Shown: piece after piece, positions 23,454 through 35,600 of the stretch
Numbering within the stretch: the stretch's first letter is position 1
Layout: every line of letters begins with the position of its first letter
Origin: Tubiluchus corallicola
Taxonomy: Eukaryota; Animalia; Priapulida
Length of the DNA stretch: 64,000 nucleotides
Direction of reading: 5' to 3'
Assembly: GCA_030141605.1 (NCBI GenBank)
Contig: JAQGDQ010000124.1
Location: 186,001 to 250,000, forward strand
Position numbers and translations under genes: made by a program
The notes under the pieces: generated by a model
Databases searched by the model: none
The model's input: the letters and a program-made list of their open reading frames with translations, nothing else
What the model was told of the DNA's origin: nothing

Positions 23454-26400
23454 CTATAGAAAATTTCTCACTAACTGTACAAAAAGAAACGAGATGACTA
23501 AGATTGCATTTTGACTGGGGCTTCCACGACGTGCAGCATTTAAAAACGTCGCTCCAGCCTTAGGCGAAACATCATTTTGTGATATTTCCACTTCTGAAAT
23601 GTCAAATATAGACATTGTTATTAAATTCCACAAAACATAATCAATCACTTACGCTAGTTTCGTGAGCAGGCCATGTCCCTAGGATATCTCCCACAAAAAT
23701 TTAGACGGCTGTTTTATTCCCGAGGGCAAATTTTCATTTATAAATCAGGTAAACAAGAAGTGAGATTGCCTGTTTTCTGACAGTTAGTAACCTTTTCTAT
23801 TAATTACTGAAGTTTATAGCTGCTAGCTAATGCACAACAGTTTTGGCCTACAGCAAGGTGATGATATAACAAACAGTCGAACGAGTTAAAACAGCAAGCA
23901 AGATCTAACAACTATCCTCGGTCGCTAGATACATCTTATATCTCGTTTACATACACAAGTGTTGTGCACAAGAAAATAAATTGGGTAAAATGGTCCTCAT
24001 TTATTAGTGAAAAACATCTTTTCAGAAAATTTACTATCGTAGGTAATCACTGTAAAATTGTTTATATTCTGCAAATAAAAAACTACACTTATTTATAAAA
24101 AGCATTCGATACTTCGTTTAAACCTCTCAATTATTTACATATACTCCTAAATTTGCATAAAAAAGTTATCTAGTTCTCTACGTTATTTCACTATTTTGAG
24201 GTATTGATGTAAAGTTCAAGCTCTGTAGTTTTTATTATTCAAACATTATTTGTATCTGTACCAGAAATTACGAATTCTAATTCAAGCACATTCCATATTA
24301 AAAAATACTATTTGCCACTGCAAAAAAAATCAAAATCATTCTGTCAAAAATCAATTTCAATGATTGATATTCTGAGACTACCAGACTGCTATTTGTATAT
24401 GAAATGCCGATTTAGGCAAAACACTTTTAGTTACAGAACATCTTTAAACATTTACTACATGCTGCAAAAACTGAAACACATTACAAACTATGAGAATGCA
24501 AAAAAAAAACAAAGCATGCAGCAAAATAGCATCTTAACATGTTTTGCATTTTTCTTACATTTACACAGACTTGGTCAAGTTCCTTACCATGATATTTTTT
24601 CCACGTTGTTGTTGATAATGAAGCGCTAGTTGGCTTGAGTTTATTTAATAAAGACGACGTTTCTGAAACTGTAGTCGTAGTCACCACTGCAGCTTCCGTG
24701 CTTTTGACTATTGCTTCGTGTTCTCTTTCGAGATGAGTCTCCTCTTCCGCAGGAGACGACGAAGCTTCAATAAAAATAAATACAACTGAGCATAACATAA
24801 AAGCAACTATTAAAATTATAACTGTGTCATAAACTCATAATGTATTATTACAAAGTCAGTCACAATTACTTGTAAGGTGCATTGGCAGAATGTTTTCAAA
24901 ATTATTCACATTGTCTTGCAACTGATACAAAAAACGATTTCCGAACTTAAACTGCTCTTTGCCCTTCAAGCCTTCTTGATCTGTTAGGATCCAAAACGAC
25001 ATCCATCAACTGCACACCCTCACATGCCCCCCGCTTACTGGTCATCTTTAAATTTTTATACCTTACATTAATTAACCAGTCTTTTAGAGATTTAAAACAC
25101 TTCCTTAAAGGTCAAAAACACTGGTGAGAAACATGAAACTATCTAACATTATTTGCTCCAATTGATAGTACCACAAGTAAATGATTTGAACTATGTGTAG
25201 GAAAGTTACACAAGTAATGTTGATTTAAGACCCTCATCATTTAATAGCAAAACTAGGCCTATCTTTGTCTGGAAAAAAACTACAAAACTTCAGATTTTCT
25301 AATATTGCTTTTGTGCATTTATATTGGATTGATTGCACACTATGTTATGATACAGTGTGGACTATAATACCCGTTGAAAGACCCCTAGTGGGTTTCTTCT
25401 ATGCCTGAAATGTTGACTGCCTCTGTGGTGTAATGGCTAGCATACTGGCATGGAAAGCAGGAAGTCTTCTGTTCGAATCCCAGTAGAGTACAAAATTTTT
25501 CAACCCTTCTTTCATGCACTTCACAAGTATCACAACACCATTAACTGTTTTAACAACAGAATTCATTATTTAGAATATTTGTTGCGGGATATTTTATAAA
25601 CTACCTAACACTGTAGACCATCTTGAAAAATTTAAATACAATTTCAGCCAAACTTTCTAATTCCACTCTCTAACCACTTGGCTCTATACTCTCCAGTTTT
25701 CTCCACTTATTCAATTGTCCCAAGTTTAATACTTACTGCCGGAAGAAGGTCGACAGCACACTTTAAATATTAAACGCATATTGTTGTGCAGACAGCTTCC
25801 TCCACTGAGATTGCCTACCCCATTAATGGAACCGTTAGATGTAGCTGTAAAAAATTCATAAAATATAAATCATGCATGAAATCATGTAAGGACCAGAGTT
25901 AGTGCAGCCTGCATGTGCAATAAATTAATGGTTTTTGTACTCAATACAAAAATTTAGAGACATACTGTGTTTCATATAATAATGACAAACTACATAATTC
26001 GAAAGGTCCTTGCAGAAAATACTAAAAAGCTTACCAGTAATCTCAAAACATTGAAAGCCATTTAAACATTTCTATTATGCAATTGTTAATACTTCGTAAT
26101 ACTCATCTAACCATAAAATGAAAAATCCAGTAAACCAAAAATTTTGCTTTGTAAAAAGTCATCAGTTTAGTACAGGTATGGTCAATATGGCAGTCCTTAC
26201 CAGACTACAATTACATAAGCTTTTTTTGGCAAATTACTGCATTTCTACAATTTTAGAGGGTCTTCTTATGCATATAAGTTATTTAATGTACTGCTTAATC
26301 CTGTAAATCACTTGAAACTATTACCACACACCAACTAGTTGCTTTTCATGTAATAACGATTGTACGCATACTTCATTTTGCACTTCACATATTTGTATAC

Positions 26401-27816
26401 CTATGCTGCAAAAGGGATAAGAAGTACAAGGTCTGCTAACAGTATGTGCCTACATGCATTGACACTAATTTAAATTAAGTTCAATAAATTTGCAATTACC
26501 ATTAGAATGGAACCATATGAGAAACAATTACAGAAATGCATTCATTTTAACCACACTTACATATATAATAATAATCGCGTCCTCGCTGGAACTCTAGGCC
26601 CATAGGTATGGGAGTAAATTCCCGGAATGATATCGTGTAGATTTGCTCGTGGTGAGGATTATTACACGCTAAGATTTGACGAGTTGTTTTACTACCAAGA
26701 TTTGTTACACGACATGCCTCAAATTCTTCTCTGCTCACCTAGAATATAATGATATTGCCAACAAATGATATTAATAATTGCTTTGACTTAGTCTTTGTCA
26801 GTGTCTTTCAAAGGCTCGAAATTATAGAAACAGAAGGTAGTAATATTATCTGCCAAAGCAGCTTATTATGAGGTCGTAGTAAACCCACTGAATGAGTGCA
26901 ATCCAGCTTTAAAGACTAATAAAGGATCTATATAGCTTTCTGGAGACAAGCTGTAATCACATATCAAAATTGGGATGGCACTTAGTGCTGATGAGCTACA
27001 CGAGGCAGAAATCTCAAGAGCCTTGAAGAAATGAGAACAGGCATAAGTCAAATGTACCATTAAATTGCTTACGCCTTTATGGATAAACATGAAAAAACAA
27101 AGTTTATAAATTGCTTCAAATAACTTGACTGAATGAATAATTCGGGTATCCAGAAGCTATGAAGGAAATGGAGAGTCTATGTCTCAGCAATATGCAATTT
27201 ATATGCAAGGAAGTGAGTGGGACAGAGAAATAGGCTGGCTTCACATAGTATGTAGGCAGCTACAGGAGCATGTGATCTGCTATGCCCCTTGTTTGGATGA
27301 CATGAGAAGGTTTTTTTTGTTGTGCTTGGCGGAACTTGGAAAATATCTGGAAGAAATAATGTCTCGAAGTAGTAAGACTTTCTGAACCATTTGGGTTATG
27401 CCTGCAATTTATTCAGTAAAATTTCAAGTTAGTTCTGTTCTGACACTTAAGAACTAACCCTGTCCCGTCAGGTAATAATAGATTAGAATAGATTATAATC
27501 GATTATTATTTTATTTTTCTCCTTCAGTTCACCTTACACAACATCAAAAGGACAACAGAAAAAAGCCAATGAAAAAAAATCAATGTTTAAATATCTTTAA
27601 ACTCTATGCAAACTTAGATGCAAGCTTGAGAAACACTGCTAAAAACATGCAACATGAAGACTTTGATGTGATTTTATGTTGCACGTACGCACCTGATACA
27701 CGACATGATGCTCCATTTGATCAACTGGAAAGTCTGGTGGGTACCGAGGGCAGATAATGTCAACAGTGTCACCAATTCGTACATCTGTCACGTGATCTGT
27801 GTTATCAGCACGAAAC
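23454..27816 (-). CDS. EFN: Ephrin (Eph receptor ligand), 5'-partial: the signal-peptide exon was not found in the window; predicted GPI-anchored
   Basis: Exons: 27816-27693 (FRADNTDHVTDVRIGDTVDIICPRY...), 26738-26561 (VSREEFEAC...CNNP...FREFTPIPMGLEFQRGRDYYYI), 25844-25737 (STSNGS...GGSCLHNNMRLIFKVCC), 24764-24588 (Ser/Thr-rich stalk), 23593-23454 (...FLNAARRGSPSQNAILVISFLFVQLVRNFL*). The four conserved ephrin cysteines and the G-H loop motif are present and phases are consistent. The last two exons are less certain than the first three. Confidence 0.92.
25419..25491 (+). mobile_element. tRNA-derived SINE head / tRNA pseudogene in an ephrin intron
   Basis: GCCTCTGTGGTGTAATGGCTAGCA (A-box) ... 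GTTCGAATCCC (B-box, 25471), partial acceptor stem CTCTG/TAGAG, followed by a T-run; anticodon arm degenerate. Confidence 0.7.
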
Positions 27817-27837
27817 CTGTAACACAATTTAAGAACT

Positions 27838-27985
27838 TATCATCGTTGCCAACATCGTGGTCATCACCAACATCACGATCACAATCATCACCTTCATCGC
27901 CATCATCAATGTCGTTCTCGTCATTACCATCACCATCATCATCACCAATCATCATGATCAACATTATCTCATCATCGTCGCCGCG
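27838..27985. repeat. Degenerate (CAT)n/(GAT)n trinucleotide microsatellite
   Basis: CATCGT/CATCAC/CATCAT periodicity immediately 5' (transcript sense) of the acceptor of the first visible ephrin exon. Confidence 0.85.
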
Positions 27986-28985
27986 GCATTTTAGATATAT
28001 CATTATCACAATTTTACTTTATTTTTCACTTATGACATGCATGACAGCCTTAATCAACTCATCAGTGACATTCCACACTATTTTATTATCCTGCAATTGT
28101 TAAATTTTCTCAGTAAAATCTGCTACAAATTCAATTATGGGAAGAGTTGAAATGAAACAGGAAGTAGAGTGAGTTACAAAATCTGAGAAAGAAAAAGAGA
28201 CGATTAAACTAACGTTTGGGGCGTTAATAGTCATTACAGGACACAATATACCTGTAATAATGGATATAATCAACAAATAATAGGCCCAAACAATGAAGAA
28301 AATAATACATAATAATCTATACAGATGATTGTGCTGAGAAGAGCAGAGAATGGCAAAAAATGCAGACAAACTTAGTTAAACTTGTGTTTCTGAAAAGAAC
28401 TACACTTCAAGCCTAAACTTATAAACCAAATCCAATTTAATATAAAGCGTATCTAGCCACGCACATTTCTATTAGGGGTAGCTGTAATTGGAAACACTCC
28501 AGGCTTGTAAGAAAATCAGTTTCCATGACGACTAAGATGCGGCAACTGATTTAGAGATGGATTTTATCAAGATAATTTGACACGTACGTTAATATCACAA
28601 ATTGCTGATTTTGCGGATTATTCACAAGGAAGACTTCATTAACCGCAGTGAAGCCACTTCAAAACCTCTTAACTACTATAACAGTATTAATGGCATTTAA
28701 TTGCGCTTTATGAAATTCGAACCCAAAATATCACTGGTTCTTTTAAGTGGGATCAGATATTAATCACTAGATGAAATTGACAACGTGAGTCAACGTCTGA
28801 ATCATGTGTAGTACTAATGTAGCTGATTACACAGTCAATAAATTCGCAATTAAACTTAGGATAAGGAAAACGAGATCAAAATATCATTAGCTTAAAATGA
28901 GCTGAAGATGGGTTGAATTTTATGTCACGTTACAGGGACAAAACTCGTTTGTCGGAAAGGCGGACATCAAAGAGGGCCAGTCTAA

Positions 28986-29689
28986 AGGAACGGCCAAGCT
29001 TGCTGGGAACTTAGGCTAATTTCAAAGTTCGCAAAAAAATGTTAGACGAACTTAGCAATAAACGTGTGATAAGCTCCTGGCGTAATCAACCATCGCAATC
29101 ATTTCACGCTTAGGTACTCCCATTTTGAACGTCTATTCTTCCACCAATGACGTCGTTCATCTACTGCTGAGAACTGTTAATGTCAGTTAAAAGTATAGGT
29201 TTTTACAAAAAATTATGTAGTTAATTTTGTGATATGTTATAAATATCTAGTAATAAAAGTGTGATAACTGCTTGTGCAATTAGTGCGATAATTGCTTGTG
29301 CAATTAGTAAAACCATCTTGAAGTCGCTATCACTTCACGCTTGGGCGCTCTAATATCCGATAAAAGTATAAGTTTAAAAAACAAATGCCTAATTTTGTGA
29401 TATTTTTGCAAAAACATTAGATAAGCCGCAGAAATTTGAATGAGTTTAAATAGCGCGGGCTTACGGAACGCCACAATGAATTTACGAAAACTCACGAAGT
29501 CCACCAATTGCGTCATAATTTTCAAGTGAATGGTAGCTACTATCGCGGCTGAAAATTTCTATACAGCGGTAATGTAAATTAACTTTATGCTTCGTAAACA
29601 AAAAACTGCAATTTTTTGTTAAATTTTTCAACGTTCAAAGTGATAACAGTAAAATGAACCCAACACGCTAAAGTGACTTGTCCTTTCCT
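28986..29689. mobile_element. Kolobok/T2-like MITE, 704 bp
   Basis: (CTAA)AGGAACGGCCAAG ... CTTGTCCTTTCCT(TTAA): 11/13 TIR match, AGG termini, TTAA-like TSD; internal ~23-bp tandem duplication near 29260-29308. Confidence 0.65.
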
Positions 29690-32600
29690 TTAAGAAGCCA
29701 ACTTAGCTGGGAAAAACTGACGGAACTTTTTCTTGATTCAATCTATGCAAAGTGGTCACCCAGCGATAGCACAAAATTAAACGCTTTTTGCATGACTAGG
29801 ATTTGCGACCCTGACTGAGAAAGTGAGAAATCGAGCGACAACTGGACCCTGACAGAGACAAATGTAGCAGTGAGAGTGAGTAGTAACAGATGTGAAGCGC
29901 TAGAATGAGGGTGACACAATATCTGTGAAGCTCATTAGCCGGTGGCGGCACCAAACGGGAAACAAAACAACGAACTATACGTCGTGCACAACCTAGCGAC
30001 CTACCACGAGCAGAAATGGATCCACCTCGCGTTTACTCCTCTAGTTTATACATCATTCTGTCATTAGCGCATAATCGCGCGGTAGTTTTCAGCAAGTATA
30101 AACCCTGACGTCCTGTTTGAGTACTTGATGAGTTTATGAAGGCCTATAAAACTGCGGATAAGCAAAATGGTGACAGGTGCGGTGTCGGTCACAACAAACG
30201 CTACAGGTAGGAGGGACGAGACACAAGCACATAAATTACGACTTGCTCGGGATTTAGTGCTCACAAAACCTTCTGTTCGCAATCTACAAATTAGGATAAC
30301 ACCAAATATAGAAAAAAATCAGATTTCAGTAAAACACGTAATTGAAATTGAAGTTAAGAAAGTTGATAGAGAGATACAGATGACCCCGCTAATGTGAAAT
30401 CACAAATATGGAATGCCGAGTATGATGCAAGACTGACACAACTTAATCCTATAAATTCTTAAGCCTATATATATATCATATAAACATTAATTTTATAGGG
30501 CGAACATTGCCTCCATCTTGTATCATTTTCATGATGTATAGCACTTCTTGGATTTTTCCAAGTAAGCTAATGTGACAACAGTGAAGAAACCAAATATCTT
30601 TTAATACTGTTGCGTCCCCACAAAATACGATTCGATTATTAGTTACTAAGTTATGATATCCCCAGCATATTTTCGAGTGTGTGACCTTTTTCACAATCTT
30701 CAATCATTTTGAATTTTGACGCAAGAGTGGAAATTTTTCATAAAATGGCTTTTTGTCAAATTTTATTTCAATTGAATTTACAGCGCTGAAATTATTTAGT
30801 CGACAACAACAACAACAACAACAAACATGAAATCAGTAATTTGAAGGGTGCTAGCAAAGTCAAAAGTTAAACTCAAGAATCTAGTTAACAAAATTTGAGG
30901 CTAACTTCCTGCCACAAAATTGAATGAGTTTCTTTATCGAATTAGTGAAAATGGATCGAGAGTTAATCTAATGCGCGGAAATGGCCGAAGCGAGGTTCGT
31001 ATATTTTTTTTCTATTATTAGATTCCGCTGCAGAGGCTCCAGTGCCCTAGAAGTCTCAAGATGAGTAATATGGAGCTCTTACTGGCTTCAATTGATGACG
31101 ATAATTAAATTATGTACCGGATGAAGCTGACAGTAGTTATTAGTTAACCGAATCTGAAACTCTCGCGAGTTTTTCTTGTCTGTTTTCGTTTTAGTGACTG
31201 TAAGGATTCGCCGCGGTACTTATCTAATTAATTGTTAGTCTAATTTTCAGATAGAAACGCGATGAAAGCAAACTTTTCCGGTAGCAGCAGGTAACATAAT
31301 AACGTGTATCCGCAGTCTCCACTAATGAAGTATGTACATCTTGTCAATGAACTTATTAAGTAACGAGAAGCCACTCGGCATATGTCGACTCACACGCGTT
31401 ACCATGGTCACCAGGTGAAATATTGCGGGTTCTTCGCTAATTAACTGGATTGGAGCGCCGTCATAGCTGAGAAAAAGCTGTGAGATGTAATAGCAGCACG
31501 TGTTCGTTTCAAAGTGTCTGGAAACGCCAGAACTACAGGAGGCCCATGCAGCTCACCAAGTGAAAACCAACCAAAGTCACAGGCACATTTCCAGAAATAG
31601 CCTTATTACATAACTGTCATAATCAACAGAATGAGTGTTGCTAGTGCTGGACCTGTCTTATGGAGTTATGTGGATAGTCCAGTTGACATGCAATGCAATG
31701 AAGCATGTCTTAATACGAAGCCAATGTAGATGAAAACTGAGCACATATATATACATTATACAATGGCAATGCCTACTCTGTCAACGTTGCACGATTGCGA
31801 CTGACTAATAATTATCAAGACTTGTTATTTAAGAAGATAAGACAATAAATCGGCAGAAATGTTTCAGTAACGTGGATATGCATGCCTCCTCCTTCAAAAA
31901 GAGGCGCCATCTCCATTTATTCTGAAGGAAGTCCCGATTCATTTACTAATCAAGCTCGGGGCTGCTTAACTTTTGCAGATGATGCAGACAACGATTACGT
32001 TACCACTCAGCGGTAACATCTTTTCTCGTGTTGGAAAGCTCCAGGTGGGAAAACTGGGAAAAGTAAGTCTGTTGATTCCATGTACGTGTGGAATACCTCA
32101 GTTTTGTGTCTGGTTTTAAACTACACTTCACCTGATAAGTGGATGTTCATCCAAACCACTCGAAATTTTAACGTGCGCATTACTAGTTTCAACACCGCGT
32201 ATTCACAACTACAATTTTAAGAGGTTATAAGATTCTAAAACATGAATTCATATGAGTGTTTACCTGCGCTACGTCATGTTTATGGAACCGCCCTTTTAGC
32301 CACTGCAATAAGTACCAATTCGAGAGGCTGATAACACTGGTTTCCATAGTTAAATCAACAAAACTGCTCTTTCACTGTACATAATGAAAACTCTTGGGCA
32401 CTTTGAAATTGAAATTGCCAAAACAGAAACTACATACATTCTTGCCCAGGCTATGAAATGAGCGCAGTTCCTCAAATTACAAAGGCAAAAAAGGGCTGGA
32501 TCACATCTTTTAGAAGAACACGATCCATCTTACCATAACACAAATAATATGAAGACTGCACTTTATAGCGGTGATTTTTTGATTTGTTTATTTAATTCAT

Positions 32601-35600
32601 AAGTTTAATACAAAGCATATGAAATTTTGCTACACAAATATTACTTTTCACTAAATCAATGATTAAATGTGAATTATGTCAACAAATGTCAACGTTGCAA
32701 TTTCACGTCGGGAAACATGTCAGTGACGTCACATATTAATTAAATTTCATGGTTGATAAATATAGCATCTAAATACAATTCTATTCCTTGCATTACTAGT
32801 TTGTTTGTGCAGTATCAGTAAAGATCACGTCAGCTGTCTCTGACACCTGGCCAGTCTCTAGTTGCCTAATCTCTCCAGCACATAAAACATGTTTAGTTTC
32901 TGTTCATAAAATCTAAGACGCTTTAGAGCAGCGAAGATGCTAACAGCAGTTTGCTTTGAGCGATCAGTCCTTTGTCAGCACATGTTAACATAAATTTTCT
33001 TTATCACAGACCTACTTAAAGCCTAAACTAAAGTTTAGACATCTTCATTTAAAATGACAAAGCTGTCAAACATCTAACAAGTCTCTTTATTCAGCCTACT
33101 ATCTACGTATCACATATTATTATAATCAAGTAGTACATTGTTACCTTACAATTACCGTATTTAATGCACTAATACCCACGAAAATAATCAGAGCTATATA
33201 ATATCAAGCATTGTATGTGCTCTATGTTTGTCATGTACTGAGGAATGTTTATTTCATTGCTTAATTCATTATTGGATTAACGGTTATGATAAAAATGTTT
33301 TGATGAAAACTTTGAATCAGTTTCTCACTGACGTTCCATTTAAGAAATGCGTGACAGTGCGCCGCGTATGACAACAACATTTTTCAAAAACATTTGATGC
33401 GCATTTTGAACGCTGTAGATAAGTCGAGGCAAACAAGCTTACCGTCTTTTTTGTCCCATTTCTATAGAAGTGTTATAAGTAGTAATTAGCTCAAGAGCGT
33501 CTCAAGTACAAAAACTTCAACAGAGGCTCCGAGGTAAACCGAGAAAACACGAAGACCTACGAACGACCTATAATTATACTACTGGCACATACAATTTAAG
33601 AATTGAAATTAGAAACAATCATGAACAAAAATATTGTTAATTTTTACAGACACGTTTTGAATGATTAAGCAGTCGGAGAATATGGCCGCAATACGACAGC
33701 TCGAATGCAAAAAGTCGTCGTCGAATGTAAGAAGTCGTGCACATGCAAATGAAATAGGGCACAAAATTGAAAATTAATTTATACACTATAAAAAATCTGA
33801 TGATACATTTTATCGAACACGCGCAAAACTAAATCAGCAAGCACAATATATATGCTATTTCCAGCCTCAAAAGAAAGAGGTCATTCCCACTTAAATGCCA
33901 GCGTCTGCATCCTAAGGAATCCTCCTCGCGTCATAAACGTCGGTTAAGTTAAATTAGAGTTCTCAAACGCTAATCACGTGACTGTGAAGTTCGTACGCGG
34001 ACAATAATTACTTTGTAAACCTAATTAAGTCCAGTGCCAGCTGCTTCGACACAAAGAGCACAGTTTACATTTAACTTTGCAACACGACCAACCAACCAAC
34101 ATGGGTTTGGACATGCACTGTAAAAGTTACCATAAATTTGGAATTAAAGTGCAAAATGAAGTTGTTGCAGTTGGAATTAAAGTACAAAATAAGCAATAAA
34201 GTAATTCTGTTTATTTACGAAAGTAATCAACTGTGGGTTCGGTAAAATTGTTTTAGAACAGCGGAAAATACTCTAGCCTAGCTAAAGGGACCACTTGGTC
34301 GATAACAAAATGGACCCATTAAAGGCAGTGTTGGTAGTAACGACCACGTGCACACAAACACGACATCCAAATATGAACAAGTGAGTTTACCTGTAACCCT
34401 TACTAATAAAATTTGCACCAGGTTGTATTCGTTCTCCACACGAGATGCTCACAACGTGGCATTGTTGGTCAGTCTACAGCTTGAGGGATTGTCTTAATTT
34501 CGACAGGTATTAAGCGCGATTAAATCTTAGGAATGTGATAACCCTGGGCAGTCTTGATCAGTCCACTGATAGATTAACTGAATTCACAGGAAATGCAGGT
34601 GTTTTCTATCAGGAAACAGCATTTTCATTCGCTCTTTGGAGGTCGAATCATATAACTGTAAAAATGAAAGTAAACAACATGCGCCTTTAGAGACGATGAG
34701 AATAGTGGGAGGAAATCGCTAATTAATGAACTCGGTGGAATTAATCATGAAATCATTTTCTTGTTCATATGGAGTGAGTGTATTTAAATGTATCAGTATT
34801 ATGTGTAGTGACAGACAGTCATCTATCTCAGCTATAGGCAAGAGTGGATGGATTAATTTCTCTAAATTTTCCCATGTAAAATATTAAAGAATCTTAGCTA
34901 GTAAAATTACTACAATTCATGTCATTGCCATATAAATTGTCACTGATTCAGCAACTTTCGAGTGCAGTTGAACCTGTGTCAGATCCAACTAGAATCGTCA
35001 AGTATCAGTATCAGGCTTCATGTATCTGTTTTTTTGTACTGCATGTCCAAACGTTTTAAAACAAATGTATTTAAACTAATTAACTAGAATTGTCGTAAAA
35101 CATGGTGACTGGTAATTTGCAAAGAACTCCAATACTGAACTCCAATTACACAAAATGACATTTACCAGGAAAGGGACAATCAAACAGGCGTGGCGTACAT
35201 TTGAAATGAAACTAGCTCCGTTCATCCACTTTTTTACATGAATCCCATTCTGAATCTGCCACAAAAATCAGCTTTGCCTCGGACAGACAAGCTGTAGCTT
35301 TGCTGTTCATTACAGCAATTTGTTGCCGCGGAGTAGATGAAATTGTTACACAGTCAACCATCAAAGACAGAGAGACAAAGTCTGCCTGACTTTGTAAGTA
35401 ACGACAAATTTCGCTGATTGGCCATCTTTGTTGCAGAAAGATGATTATTATCTGCTATAGGTGGATCTACTTTGAGGAGAACACAGCGGTTTAATTGAAT
35501 GCTATACTGTAATTACGGCAGAGAACACATCAGTCCAATTTCATTACAGAAGTCAAGAAAATGTGCTGGGTTAAACTTTTAATGAAATTGTAGAAATTCA

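Noticed and set aside
25419-25491. Functional tRNA gene
   Set aside because: The acceptor, anticodon and T stems contain mismatches; treated as a SINE head or pseudogene.
27705-28369. Ser/Pro-rich, poly-Asp and hydrophobic ORFs as an ephrin N-terminus or new proteins
   Set aside because: They are translations of a (CAT)n microsatellite and T-rich intron. The poly-Asp ORF is out of frame with the ephrin exon and has no WNxxNP motif.
30064-30397. TATAAAA at ~30145 followed by a 76-aa ORF
   Set aside because: The ATG is too close to the TATA box to lie within a transcript started from it, and the peptide resembles nothing I recognise.
32130-32170. Hammerhead-ribozyme-like CTGATAA...CGAAA (similar partial hits near 26988 and 60885)
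   Set aside because: The core CUGANGA or the stem II-GAAA junction is broken, and no stem I/III with an NUH cleavage site could be formed.
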